This document shows positions 11,331 to 23,358 of a stretch of 64,000 nucleotides of DNA, piece after piece (the stretch's first letter is position 1; the number at the start of each line of letters is the position of its first letter). The position numbers and the translations under genes are program-made. Source of the DNA: Callorhinchus milii (lineage: Eukaryota); NCBI RefSeq assembly GCF_018977255.1, contig NW_024704749.1, forward strand, positions 17,918,001 to 17,982,000, written 5' to 3'. The notes beneath the pieces were generated by a model. It saw only the letters and a program-made list of their open reading frames with translations. It did not search any database and was not told where the DNA came from.

Positions 11331-13094
11331 TAAACAGAGCAGTGACTAGTTATCGCTTGGGGATTGTTGGCTAAGACATCAGGTCAAACTCCCTTCTCGT
11401 CTTGAATGGTGACATGGGACCTTTAATGTCCACCAAACAGGCACGGACGGGACCTTGGTTTAACTATGTGAAGACGGGTTTGGCTGGTGAAGCCCTAGTG
11501 AGGAATCCATTCTCGAGCCAATACCAATAATATGTGCAAATTCCTCTTTTTGAACAGTATCTCGGGATCTTTCGCAACTGGCTGAATAGGCAGAAGGGAC
11601 CCAAGTTTAACATGTCATCTGAGGGATGGCACCTACCAGTTCCGGAGGCAAGATTGCTCCTAACTGAGGCAACACAAATTACATTTGTACAGCGCCTTTC
11701 ACGGCGGGAGGATGTCCCAAGGCGCTGGTGAGTCAGGGATTTGGACTCGAGCTGGGGTTTGGGATCGGGGGGGGGTGGGGGGGGGGTGGGGTGAAGGGCG
11801 CAATTCACAAACTGACTGTGTCGCACACATACACACACATTAACTCGCGGATGCAAGTACAGTACTGAGTTTTTAATTTCTGATCAGAACCATAAACTAC
11901 AAGAATCCTGAAGGTCTTGACAAAGCAACAGACAGGTACTAAAGAACCGTAATCACAATTTCGTTTAAAATTTCTTTTTTTTTTAAAAAAGGTTAAATTT
12001 CCAGGAAAACTAGATAGTTTTAAACTCTCCAATCCCTTCCAAAATTTTACCTCTCTCGCAACGCAATATAAAGTTCTATTTTCAGGCATTTCGCTTGGAC
12101 AGTAAACATTCTCTGCATTGTTTTTTCAAATACTGTATGCACGTTCCATCATCACCATCATCATCATCAACATCTGACACAACTGAACCAGCTAAAGAGT
12201 AAACGTAGAATTAGAGAAGGAAACAGTCTCAAGTGTTGTAGTAATCCTTGCATTTGATACAGCGCCTTATCACCTCAAAGCGCTTCACAGGATTCCACTG
12301 TGAAGTTTAGTGACTGTATTTTGTAGGCGAATGCGGTTGCCAATTTGCGCACAGCTATGCCCTACAAGTAGCCATGAAGTGAATGACCAATCATTGTTAT
12401 TTTCTTTTCTTTGTGGATCGTGAGTGGGGAGGGATTGTTGGCCAGGACACAGGGGTATGACACACCTGAACTACCGCACTGGTCTGTTCCTTCTCTGCGT
12501 GCAGCCATGATACGATGGGTCTCGGTGTTTGTAATAATAAAAGCAGAACTGTTTATGAGTTAGCATCAACGCAAGTCTTGGCTGTGGTCTCGTGAACATG
12601 CTCCATTTGCGAGTGGCAAGGAGGGCAGGCCAGCCCAGCCACTACCTTGTAACCATGAGAGCAGGTGGCACTGGGAATGGGAACGATTACTTCTATTGAC
12701 ACAATTGGGGGTGCAGGGATTTGGGTAGATGGTTATCTGCGTAGAACTTAGTGGAGTCCTGGGGAATTCTGTGTGGAACCTGGTCAGGGGAATGATTTTC
12801 TCGCTGGGGACCCATCCCTGGAGTTGGACAGTGCTCAGGAGATGGCTCCCAGAGTGAAGGGGTTGACATTGGCAGTGTACTCTACCTCTAGGTGATATCT
12901 CTCTGTGATATCTGTAGGAGGGATGTCAGTGCAGGGGGGGAAATGGAAGATTTTTCCTATTTTTTTTGTCCATCAGTGTCAGCCTCAAGCATGCGCAACA
13001 TAGGTAGAGTAAAGCTCTCTGTCTAGTGCCCTCTTTCAAACACTCACAGCTCAGATATACTTATAGCACAGTTAGGGGCAGAGTAAAACTCTCA

Positions 13095-13470
13095 CAGAAT
13101 CCTACAGCACAGAAGGAGGCCATTCGGTCCATTGTGCCAGTGCCAGCTCTTTGAAAGAGCTAACCAATTAATCCCACTCGCCCGCTCTTGCCCCATAGCC
13201 TTGTACATTTTTTCTTTTCAAATAAATACCCAATTCCCTTTTGAAAGGTATTGAATCTACTTCCACCACTCTTTCAGGCAGTGAATTCCAGATCGTAACA
13301 ACTTGCTGCGTTTAAAAAAAAAAAAGTCTCCTCATCTCCCCTCTGGTTCTTTTGCCAATTATCTTAAATCGGTATCCTCCTGCCAGTGGCAACGGTTTCC
13401 AAATCCCTCATAATTATGAACACCTCGATTGAATCTCCCCTTAGCAACCTTCTCTGCTCCAAGGAGAACT
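13095..13470 (-). mobile_element. CR1 LINE 3' fragment
   Basis: Reverse of the ggactaattggttagctctttcaaagagc...aatggcctccttctgtgctgtag tail. Confidence 0.75.
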
Positions 13471-13985
13471 TCTCTATGAGATCCCCAGGCATCACTTGGG
13501 ACAAGATGTCTCTACCAAATCGGGGGAACAACTGAAGGCTTCTTAAAGTAGACTAAACCAGTCGGTAACTCAAGGGCAGTGTAATCCATATGGTCCAGTG
13601 GCCACTGCATATAAAACAGGGCAGTCAGCCCAAGTTTGAAAAGCTTTTTGTTCGTTAATTGTGAGGATTATAGTTTGGAATCTGCTCAGAGAAATCAACT
13701 TGATTGTAAAAATAATGGCAGGAAAACCACTTCTCCCAGACCATTCCTGATTGTATGAATCGCGCCCCCCCCCCCCACCCCCCCTCCCCACCCAACCAGC
13801 CCCTCCGCCTCCACCCCTCCCACTCTTGCAGTGGGTGACAACCATTCTTTAAACTCCTGGCTCTGGGGAGAACGCGGGTTTAAAAAGCCGACACTCAAGA
13901 AGGCAGGCTCCGCCATTTTTTAAAATAATATATCCAGCAAAAAGTGTACAATATATTAATCGCCTTCCCTCGATAACAAAATACA

Positions 13986-13993
13986 TATGTACA
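13986..13993 (-). promoter_or_regulatory. Pumilio-binding element TGTACATA in AJM1 3'UTR
   Basis: Exact UGUAHAUA match about 95 nt after the stop, in an AU-rich segment; a single 8-mer, function not shown. Confidence 0.35.
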
Positions 13994-14085
13994 AATATAT
14001 TAAATAAGTTTCCAACAAAGATTCTGGTGATGGGACAGATGTGAGAGACCCGGGCGGTCGATCGGTCGATCGATCGATCGATCGT

Positions 14086-17058
14086 TCACATGATGTCCTC
14101 CAGCAGGTTGGGTTTGCCCACCCAGTCCAACGTCAATGGCTCGGAGGCAGCCATAATCATGCACATGAACTGCTTCCCAGTCCTTTTGTCAATGGGGTAA
14201 ATGGTGGTGGGAGTGAACCTTTTGTTGCTCTCTACAAATTCGCACAGATCCTGGTAGATGTTGGGGTACTCGTGCCGCAGGAAGACCCCCCGGATGCGAA
14301 GCTCCCGCTGCACGTTGATGAAGCACACCTCCCTGGCCTTCCTCCCCACCTCCCCCTCCTTGTCGATGTCCACCGTGCCGGGCGGAGGTGTCAGGATCAG
14401 CGTTTCCATCTCGTTGTCCTTGAAGACCTTTTTCTCCGGGCTGGCCGAGGCCAGGGAGATCTTGGCGAACCTCCGGACGGTCGGCGTCTGAAGCCGGGGG
14501 GAAGGGTTCTCGGGCACTTTCTGCCCCAGGGCGATCGACACGTTCAACAGGAAACACTCCTCTGGGTCGTACTGCTTGCCCGCGTCTTGGATCTCCTTGG
14601 AGTACTCTCCCAAGTTGTCTGCGTAGCCTTCGAGCTCCCTGACGGACATGTAGGTCGGGGCCAGTACCAGGCTCTCCAGGCCGTACTGGATGAAATTTTC
14701 GGCAGATCCCGGGTTGGGAAAACCGAGGAATAGGACGCCCTTCCCCCGGGACAGATAGCCCATCCGAGCAATGCGGGAAAAGGCCTTGTGAGCATCCTGG
14801 TTCTCCCGGCAGATGCGCAACACCCGCTTGCAGGTGCTTCCGACCCGACCATACACACAGCACTCCTTGTGCATCTCCCAGTCCTTCTTCCGGCAGTTCC
14901 TCGAGCAGTAGTAGGTGTAGCAGCTGTGGCACGACTTGAAATAGAGGCGGGCATTGAACAGTGTCTCCGTCAGTCCGCACTTCAGATTGGAGCACATCAT
15001 GGTGTCCACGTCGTCCGAGCTCTGGTCTTGAGGGGGACCGTCGGAGGCCATGGGGAAACTGGGGCTCCGGAGCATGCCTAGAGCGTGCCCCCCGATCTCT
15101 CGGGCCAGATCCGACGAGATTAAGCCACCGGTGAAAGGAAACCCTTTCATCTTTTGGGGTTCGGTCGTGTGCACGACGCCCTTCCTCAGGTCAAGCTCTG
15201 CAGGGTTGTCGTTGTCGGTGATGAGTTTCCTCAGCTGGTCCACCAAGGTGTCCGCCTCGCTGGGTCTCCTGCTGGCCGGGGTTTTGCACGTGTCGATGAC
15301 CAGATCGGCCAGGACGTCATCCAGCTGCGGCTGCTGATGCGGAGAGCCGTAAGCGACGTTGTCGCCCGTGTCCCTGACCGTGTCTGCGTTGCAGGACAGC
15401 AGATCGTTGAACGAGGCGCTCAGGCTGTTTCCCGCGTCGGTGGCCTCGCCCCCGCCCGGGTGAAACCTGGCCCTGTTCAAGCCGTTGCTTCTGATGTCGT
15501 TGTCGGTGATGGTGATCTCGGGCGTGATGTACCATGACCTGCCCACGGCATTCCTGCCTCCGTCGCCGTGAACCTTCTCGATGATGGAGCTCTCCGACAG
15601 CGACAGGGCGGCGTAGCGCTTGGGCGACCTGGACAGGTTGACCACAATGGGTTGGCGTCTGCCGTCTGGCGAGGGAGCCCTCCTCTCGGGGGACTGCTGC
15701 AGGTTCTCGTAGCTCAGCCCGTGAGCCACCGAGAACTCCCGGTGTCCTCCTCCTCCCCCTCCTACAGGAGACAGGATGTTGTCCCAGGATTTGGAGTAGG
15801 AGCGAGTGTCTGTGCAGATTCGCTGCTGGTCCATGATGCCGTACATGGAGCCATGAGGGGACAGAGAGCCCACTCTGCCGTCCCAGTGCGACAGGATCTG
15901 GGGCGTGGGGTAACTCTGATGGGGGTGGGCTGCCCGATTGGTACCCCACCAGTCGTGGAAATGCATGGGCGAGGTGTACCTCTGCTGGGACATCCGGCTG
16001 GAGTCCTCGGTGTAGTAGACGTTGGGTTGGCCGTACTGACGGCAAGGTCTCCTGACCTCCGGGTAGTTATACTCGCTGAACACGGGCTGCGGGGGGACCA
16101 CCTGTGGGGCCCCCCGTCTCCGGTCCTCCCTGTAGTAACGATGCGGAGAGTAGTTGCTCTGCGTCGAAAGCGTCCAGTAGTCGCCGCCGTAACTCTCGGC
16201 CGGCGAGACCGTCTTGACGAACCTGCGGCCGGCCGGCACTGTCAAGCTCCTGCCCGGCTGCATGTGCCAGTTGGACACGTTGACCTGTCTCTGTGGGGTC
16301 TTCAGACCCCGCGGTGGTTGGGGGTGGTGAGTCGTGACCTCGTCCGGCTTGATGTCTACTCGGTATCTGACGTGAGGCTTGGCCGCTTGGTTCTCCTCGT
16401 AGCTCTCATAGTTCTCACTCACGTAGAGCGGTGGGTAATGGCTGGCCTCCCCTCTCTGCGGCTGGAGCTTGATGGGATGGACCTCGTTCATCCTGTACTT
16501 GGACGTGTAATAAGCGTCCCTTCTGGGAGAGGTGTCCACCCTGCGCTGGGACTCTCTGGGCATGCGCAGGGCATCACGGCCTCTGCGCATCAGCTCTGGA
16601 GAGGCAACCTGGACAGGTCTGAAGGTGGTCTTCACCCTCGGGGCGCTCCTGGACCTCAGTCTCCTCTTTGGCTCTGGTTTGGGGACCTCCCTGTGTTCCG
16701 CGCTGTAAGCGCACAAGCGACTGACCACCAGATCGGGAGCAGAGGAGCGGTGGTAGACCTGCCTTCCCAAGGAATCCCAGCTCGTCTCCGGGCTGGCCGT
16801 CCGCCTCTCCGTCTGCCTGTAAGGAAGTTCCTCCATGGAGTTTCCAGCTTCCTGCTGAGGTTCCAGCGAATCCAGGAAGTCAAAGCTTCTGCACTGCCGC
16901 TTGTTAACGTATTGCTGAGTGTCCTGCAGAGCGCTGGAGGTGAGGCGGTCACATTTTCTCTGGGGTGTGTAGGCTTTGGGTTCACCTGGCATCGGGCTGA
17001 CTTTCAAATCTCGGTGCACGGTAGATAACAGTATGTCAGGCGGGTCTGTCCGTGTCAT
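14086..17058 (-). CDS. AJM1: Apical junction component 1 homolog (C9orf172), 990 aa, single coding exon
   Basis: Long ORF; the first ATG gives MTRTDPPDILLSTV (human AJM1 MTRTDPPDLLVSTV); C-terminal Cys-rich segment CSNLKC...SCHSCYTYYCSRNCRKKDWEMHKECC and conserved tail; syntenic between RABL6 and PHPT1; splice acceptor ctcattgcag at 17117. Confidence 0.93.
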   Translation of the reverse strand: MTRTDPPDILLSTVHRDLKVSPMPGEPKAYTPQRKCDRLTSSALQDTQQYVNKRQCRSFDFLDSLEPQQEAGNSMEELPYRQTERRTASPETSWDSLGRQVYHRSSAPDLVVSRLCAYSAEHREVPKPEPKRRLRSRSAPRVKTTFRPVQVASPELMRRGRDALRMPRESQRRVDTSPRRDAYYTSKYRMNEVHPIKLQPQRGEASHYPPLYVSENYESYEENQAAKPHVRYRVDIKPDEVTTHHPQPPRGLKTPQRQVNVSNWHMQPGRSLTVPAGRRFVKTVSPAESYGGDYWTLSTQSNYSPHRYYREDRRRGAPQVVPPQPVFSEYNYPEVRRPCRQYGQPNVYYTEDSSRMSQQRYTSPMHFHDWWGTNRAAHPHQSYPTPQILSHWDGRVGSLSPHGSMYGIMDQQRICTDTRSYSKSWDNILSPVGGGGGGHREFSVAHGLSYENLQQSPERRAPSPDGRRQPIVVNLSRSPKRYAALSLSESSIIEKVHGDGGRNAVGRSWYITPEITITDNDIRSNGLNRARFHPGGGEATDAGNSLSASFNDLLSCNADTVRDTGDNVAYGSPHQQPQLDDVLADLVIDTCKTPASRRPSEADTLVDQLRKLITDNDNPAELDLRKGVVHTTEPQKMKGFPFTGGLISSDLAREIGGHALGMLRSPSFPMASDGPPQDQSSDDVDTMMCSNLKCGLTETLFNARLYFKSCHSCYTYYCSRNCRKKDWEMHKECCVYGRVGSTCKRVLRICRENQDAHKAFSRIARMGYLSRGKGVLFLGFPNPGSAENFIQYGLESLVLAPTYMSVRELEGYADNLGEYSKEIQDAGKQYDPEECFLLNVSIALGQKVPENPSPRLQTPTVRRFAKISLASASPEKKVFKDNEMETLILTPPPGTVDIDKEGEVGRKAREVCFINVQRELRIRGVFLRHEYPNIYQDLCEFVESNKRFTPTTIYPIDKRTGKQFMCMIMAASEPLTLDWVGKPNLLEDIM

Positions 17059-18944
17059 TTTAAAGGAACTGTAATCTTTGCTGAACTCGCTCAGATCCTT
17101 GCAAAACGGGGTGACCCTGCAATGAGAGACCACAAACGTTTATCGGGGGGTCTGTTTCCCTCTCAGCCTTTCGTAGCATCTCAAACCCTGCCTTTGCCTA
17201 GAACAAAGCCTGCGATTAAGGTTATTTAAAGCAACCAAGCCGACTTGGCCTAAATGTATCGTGCTTTTCCCCTACAAAATACCCAGTGACTGCTCCACTT
17301 CGCAATAAATCCTGTGAAGCTCTTTGAGCCACTGACGATGTGAAACGGTGCCGCGCCTGACGGTAATAGCACTGATCTTTGCATTTGGTACAGCGCCTGA
17401 TCACGTCGGAAGGACGTCTCAAAGCGCTTCGCAGGATTTACTGTGAAGTGGAGGGACTGTGTATTTGTAGGCAAACGTGGCAGATACCCCACAAACAGCC
17501 ATGGAGTGACCGACTAATTTTATTTGGGGGATTGTCGGCCAGGACACATGCAAATGCAATGTTATTATTTTATTATCTATTATTTATTAATGTTATTATT
17601 TTACATTTCGCAGGGCTGGACTGCTCACCACACTGAACCACTGGAACGCCCCCAAGTCTCGCTCGCATCTGAGCAGACTGCCTTCTGCTGTTAAGGAATC
17701 CAATCAGAAATCAAGGCGTAGTGATAAATAATAATGATCCTTACATTTGCGACAGCGCCTTTCATGAGCGTCAGCCCACCAACACAACCCCAACATCAAA
17801 CGCACGTTCAGAACCAGGCTTCATCTAAACCCCTCGTGATCTTGCAGGGCTCGCAGATGCTATTCTGCAAGAAAGACACGATGTAAACGCAAATTGCTTT
17901 TGCGGTGAGACCGGCGTCTAACTTAACTTCAACCACCATGGTTTGCCTCTTTTTGAATGCCATTTTGTCCCAAACCACTCGAAGCTTCAAATATGTCCGC
18001 GCCATTAGTCCTTACAAACCCTTGCGGGAGAGCAGTGAAACTTATTTCGTATTTGATTAGAGTCACGCAGACTAGAAACCTTCAATGAGTAATCAAATAA
18101 TCAGACTCAAACCTTTTTTTCCTCCTCGGCTGACGTTACCGTTTGTGTTCAGAAAAGTGCATTATTTTGCACTTATCCACGTTAATATCTCTTGGCCCTT
18201 ATTTGCCTTAGTTCTGCCATCATTGCTGCTCGTAGACATTCTTTCCCACTGTTACATTCGCTCTCGTTTCACATCGCCTGTTGCCCCTTGCGTCACCCTG
18301 CTATTTATTACCTTGTTCGTTTTTAAAATAATATTGCTAACGTTTCTCCGTAAATAACAGTTTCACTTTCCTTCACGTGCCTTCAGGTCCGCGTGCCCGA
18401 TAATAATCCCTCAAGAAAAAAACAGACAAATAAATAAATAATAATTTGGTCACTGGCTGTTTGTGGGCCGCTGCTGTGCGCAAATGGCTGCCACATGCTG
18501 CCCACAAAATATACAGTCAATTCACTTCACTTTATATTGTGTGAAGCGCTTTAAGACGTCTGGAAGCTGTGAAAAGTGCTGCATCAAATGCACAGATTAT
18601 TATTATTATTGTACGCCATAGCGATGGTCCAGCATGGCCTGTTACTTCATCCTCACCTTCGCCACTTAGGAAATCCCACGGCCTCGAACCCGGCATTAAA
18701 ACTGTGGCAAAAACACTCTTCTCCTGTGTTCAGTGAAACGAGTCTTTTTTTTAAAAAATCATCTCAAGTACGCACAGTCTATCCAGATCACACCTCGCAC
18801 CGCTTCACATTTCCCCGCCCCATTTTGCAGGAGTCACAAGCTGTTCCGACAACGCCTTCCCCTCTTCCTCGCTCGCTCAGCCGAAGAAAGCAAGGGATTG
18901 ATTTTAAAAAATATTAAAAGTAAATGACACGGCGGTTTACTCAG

Positions 18945-19272
18945 GGGTAAGTAGGAACCCGGTTGTTAGTCGACTGGCGGATCGCTTTCCGGGGATAATA
19001 ATCCCTTCAAAAGAAAACAAGATGTGGTCACTCAATCCACGGCTGTTTGTGGGGACGCTGCTGTGCGCAATTGGCTGCCGCGTTTCACCCACAAAATATA
19101 CAGTCAATTCGCTTTATAGTATATTCTGTGAAGCGCTTTGAGACGCCTCGAAGACGTGAAAAGCACCAAATCAAATGCGAGGATCATTATTCTTCTAATT
19201 CTATTCTATGAAGCGCTTTGAGATGTCTCGAAGACGTGATAAGGCGCTATATCAAAGGCAAGGATTATTATT
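18945..19272 (+). mobile_element. SINE family A, 5'-truncated, with duplicated 3' tail
   Basis: Core plus two consecutive tail hairpins (about 19130-19190 and 19210-19272). Confidence 0.8.
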
Positions 19273-19829
19273 ATTTACAGCTTATGTATTATATATCTTG
19301 AGGCCACCCACCTCATCCGCAGTACACCTCCTCGCTGGTGCAAACGCACAAGTGGAAGTGAGTACTGGTTGTTTTTCGGTGTACAGCCCGGACAAGGAGA
19401 AGCTAGTGTGTGGGGGTGATGCCAGGATACTGGCGGGCACAGCAGTGTTGACAGTTCTGCCATCGCATGCCACCTGCACATTAACAGAACAGAAGCCCTT
19501 CCTGTCACGGCGCAACCTCACATTCTCAGCACAGACGGAGTCGTGCGTTCGAGTGAGTAAGTCATCTCTGATTGCAATTCATTCTTCCCCAAGACCTTCA
19601 ATCTTCCTTTACGCGGGGTACTGGATTGTGCGGAGGAGGGAAAGGGGTAGCATTTTATACATTAAGATGCCTCCAAGTGCTATCCTGATCATTGGTTTGG
19701 GGTTTACAGCTGCCGTGTTGTAGGGAAACCCAACAGCCAAATGTGTGACAAACACACATGAGGTGAGTGATCAATTTATCTATTCTCGACAATTGCTGTT
19801 CAGGTCACTGGGAGAAACCGCCTTCTGTT

Positions 19830-20355
19830 AGCCTGGCTCATCTGGTAGCAATCTCACCTCTTGAGTCAGAAGGTTGTTGGTTCAAGACTGCCTGGAAAGG
19901 GCGGTGCAAACAGATTCAATAACAACTTTCAAAAGGGAATTACATAGGTTCTTGAAAAGGAAAGACTCGCAAGCACGTGGGCAAAGAGCGGGGGAGTGGG
20001 TCTGATCGGGCAGCTCTTTCAAAGAGCCGACACAGTCACGATGACCCGAATGGCCTCCTTCTGTGCTGTAATATTCTATGATTCTCTTCTATAAGGACCC
20101 ACGTCAGGACTTTGAACTCCAATAATCTAGGCTGATGGTCCGGTACAGGGCTGAGGGTGCGTCTCATTGTCGGAGATGCCATCTTTGGATGAGATATTAA
20201 ACTGCTGTTTGGGGCACAGCGCTCTGTGCAAATTGGCTGCCGCGTTCTGCAAAATACGCCATTACATTACATTACAACGTACGCCGTGAAGCACTTTGAG
20301 ATGTCTCAATGATGAAGTGTTGTGTCAAATGAAAGGTTGATTGATTATTATTATT
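19830..20355 (+). mobile_element. SINE family B interrupted by a CR1 3' fragment (about 19890-20090)
   Basis: The SINE head breaks after ggttcaag and resumes after the CR1 tail ending ccttctgtgctgtaatattctatgattct. Confidence 0.7.
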
Positions 20356-20489
20356 AAAGCACAGAACACAAAAAGAGACTTGACTACCATCCCAGAACTG
20401 CAACTAATGGTCCTTACATTTGACAGTGCCACCCTCCTGACATGAAAGGCGCTATNAAAAACACAAGGATTTTTAAAATCATTTTTCTC

Positions 20490-20760
20490 TTCTATAACAG
20501 TATCATCGGATTGTCTGCCCGGACACCAGGAGAAACTCCCTTCTCTTTTCCAATAGTTTCACGAGATCCTTAACATCCTTAACGTTGAAGAACAGGGAGC
20601 TGCTTGGGTTAACATCTCGCTTGAAGGATGGCACCTGGCAACATAGCTAACGCTCCCCCAACACTACACTGGAACGTCAGCAGAGCCTAAGAGCCCAAGT
20701 CCTGACCATTGGGATCCACAACTTTCTGACCAGAGGCGAGAGTGTTATGAACTAAGCTCC
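20490..20760 (-). mobile_element. SINE family B, diverged
   Basis: Reverse-oriented head and core motifs. Confidence 0.65.
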
Positions 20761-21969
20761 GCAGGCAAATAAGACACCTGGAGCTCGTGGTTCTCACTTT
20801 CACACGAGTCAACGTGTTTGTGAGAAGAGAAAAAAGCGAACGAAGAAACAAACATGTTTTTCTGGCTCCTGTCGTTCCTCCCTTAATGAGCTGCTGCATG
20901 TGCTTCTGACGCACGTTCTGGTGTGTGTCACAACTGAACTGTAAGGACCTATTTTTGTCGATTGCACGTCGTGTATTCCCACAGCTCACCTCACATGTGT
21001 CAATGGGAATAAATAACCTTCAGTGTTCCTAAGAGAATCTGAAGATAAGAATAATAATAATCCTTGCGCCTTAACATGTCGTCGAGACGTCTCAAAGTGC
21101 TTCACAGAATATACTGCAAAGTGAATTGACTGTATACTCTGCAGCAGGCAATTGCGCACAGCAGTGTCCCACGAACAGTTGGGATTGAGTGACCAAATTA
21201 TTGTTATTTTTAATTATTTAGAAGGTATTATTACCCCCATAAAGCGATCTGCCAATCGACTAACAACCGGGTTCCTACTTACTGCTCGGCAAACAGAGGC
21301 GTGTGGAGCAAGGACTACCGATGGTGGGGAAGGGCAGGGGGAGATGGAGAGTCCGCTGAGCGGAGGGAGCGGGCAGGTCGGTATGGAGTTAGCAGGTCAC
21401 AGGAGTAAGGTGGAGCAAGGGCATGGAGGGCTTCGAATGCGAGGACCAGGTTCCATTCCTGGCAAACCTTCACTGCATTTACTCTCAGTACACGGTTGCT
21501 AACATGGGGTTGGCCAAGAGTGAAGCCCCCTCCCCCTCCCCCCACCCCAAAAAAATAAAAAATAAAAGGCAAGCCTGAAAATCCAGGGTCTTATTTCAGA
21601 CGATAAGAGAATTCGGGAAATCTCCGTAAAGCCGATTTGGGAGCTGGTTTCCCGCACTGACCAGGGGGAGCAATTTCCGGATTCAAGTATAAGTAACATT
21701 CTTTATAACCACAAGAGTAGGGCATTTCCTTGCCTTTTCTATTCCTGAGCTCTTGTGATAAATTCCAGCGTTCCATTAGCCTTTGTGATTGCCTCTCTGT
21801 GTGTAATGCATTGTGCAGCAGTTCTATTGATGGAACCTATTACGTTTCCAGCGAGCCTTATTCGCGGACGTTAAGAGAGAAAGGACAGGATCAGCTCTAT
21901 GATTAAACAACCACCCACCCCCACCACTATGATTGAACAACCCGTCGAAACTCAGCTTCCAGGCCTTCC

Positions 21970-22520
21970 CTTGAAGAATAGTCAGTTGGTGGTGGGAGGA
22001 GTGGGAGGAGTGGGAAGTGGGGGGAAGGACGTACCATAGGAAAGGTAGTGGAAACGCATTGAACGAGGGTAGGAGGGGTGAGAATAATTAGTCTCAAAGT
22101 GCTTCACAGAAACTACAGTCAATTGACTATATTTAGTGGGCAAAACGCGGCTGCCAACCGCTATATACCTCCGGGTTGGAGTTCCAAAGAGTGGGGGGTG
22201 GGGGGGGGTGGTGGTGGCACAAAGGCTGAAGGCTCCACCGCTGATGGTGGGGCGGGCAGGGCAGGGGGGAGACATGGAGCAAATCTGTGCCCACCGAGCG
22301 GAGGGAGTGGACAGGTTGGTAGGGTTTTAGGAGGTCACAGAGATAGGGAGGAGCGAGAGACTGTGGAGGGCAAACCATGCACAGCAGCACTGAATGCTCG
22401 TGGATAGCCACTGACTTGGGATTCCCGGTGTTGCCTCTCCTCTTCCACATCAACAACAACTCGCATTTATATCGCGCCCTTCACCTGGTTAGCGCCCCAG
22501 AGCGCTTGGCAGTGGTGGAG
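21970..22520 (-). mobile_element. L2 3' fragments with a nested SINE piece
   Basis: LAPPYLCDLLKPYQPVHSLRS and TLWNS L2 ORF2 motifs; similar pieces at about 7125-7330, 21315-21460, 34170-34400 (minus) and 5200-5455, 30800-31065, 53010-53250 (plus). Confidence 0.7.
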
Positions 22521-22999
22521 TCTGACGCCGAGCCAAGGGGATAGGGAGGGGGCAAACATCTGCCCCATGTGAAGACGACCGCAAATACGCACAGTGTCAA
22601 ATTCACACCACAAGCAACGGTATTAATGAACCATTTCATTGGAGTTCCTTAAAAAAAACATTGACCTTCAAAAAGCAACTGCAGGTTAGAGATGTCACAG
22701 CCAGACAGCGTGCGATCACATTGCAAACAAGCAGCGCAGGGAGTGGGCAATGTGAGTGTTACCTTAGCCACGGGGAGGCGGGAGAGAGGGCGGGGGATGG
22801 AGGTAGAGATTGTGGGCTAAATTCGCAGGAGAAGATAGGTTAAAAATACTTAATTCAGACACTTTTTCCCTTAGGAAATTCCTCTCTTTCCACACACACG
22901 CGCACACCCACCAAACACCCACCCGAAATGGTCTTCCCAAACACAAGACTGGTGTCCCCGAGAGTACTTAATGCCAGGAGGAGGTTGGTCCACCAACAA

Positions 23000-23358
23000 C
23001 TGATGTCCTTGCACAGCGCCTTATCGCGTTGTCGAGATGTCTCAAAGAGCTTCGCAGGATACACTGTAAAGTGAATTGACTGTATGTCTTGTGGGCGAAA
23101 CGCGGCAGCCAACTGCGCCCAGTAGCGCCCCACAAACAGTCGTAGATTGAGTGATCAATTTATTTATTTTTTTGGAAGGAATTATTACCCCCGGAAAAGC
23201 AATTCGTCAATCGACTATCAACCAGGTTCCTCTTCACTGCGAGGTAAACAGAGACGTGCGGAGTAAGGAAACCTGACTATGGTTTCGCCCGACCGGGAAT
23301 CAAATCCAGGTCCTCTCTCTTGTGAAGCGAGTGCTCTACCCACAACAATACAGGACTC
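23000..23358 (-). mobile_element. SINE family A, near full length
   Basis: Head, internal segment and core all present. Confidence 0.8.

Noticed and set aside
14189-16045. Same-strand alternative-frame ORFs inside AJM1 (268 and 242 aa)
   Set aside because: Expected from GC3 bias; non-ATG starts and low-information R/P/G composition.
14041-17028. Long plus-strand ORFs antisense to AJM1 (486, 230, 127 and 97 aa)
   Set aside because: All are in codon register with AJM1; antisense stops need TTA/CTA/TCA codons, which are rare in this GC3-rich gene. Shadow ORFs with no recognisable motifs.
17059-17133. 1015-aa ORF start at GTG 17133
   Set aside because: Lies upstream of the splice acceptor at 17117; the homologous start is ATG 17058.
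20456-20456. Single ambiguous base n
   Set aside because: Assembly ambiguity inside a repeat tail; no biological inference.
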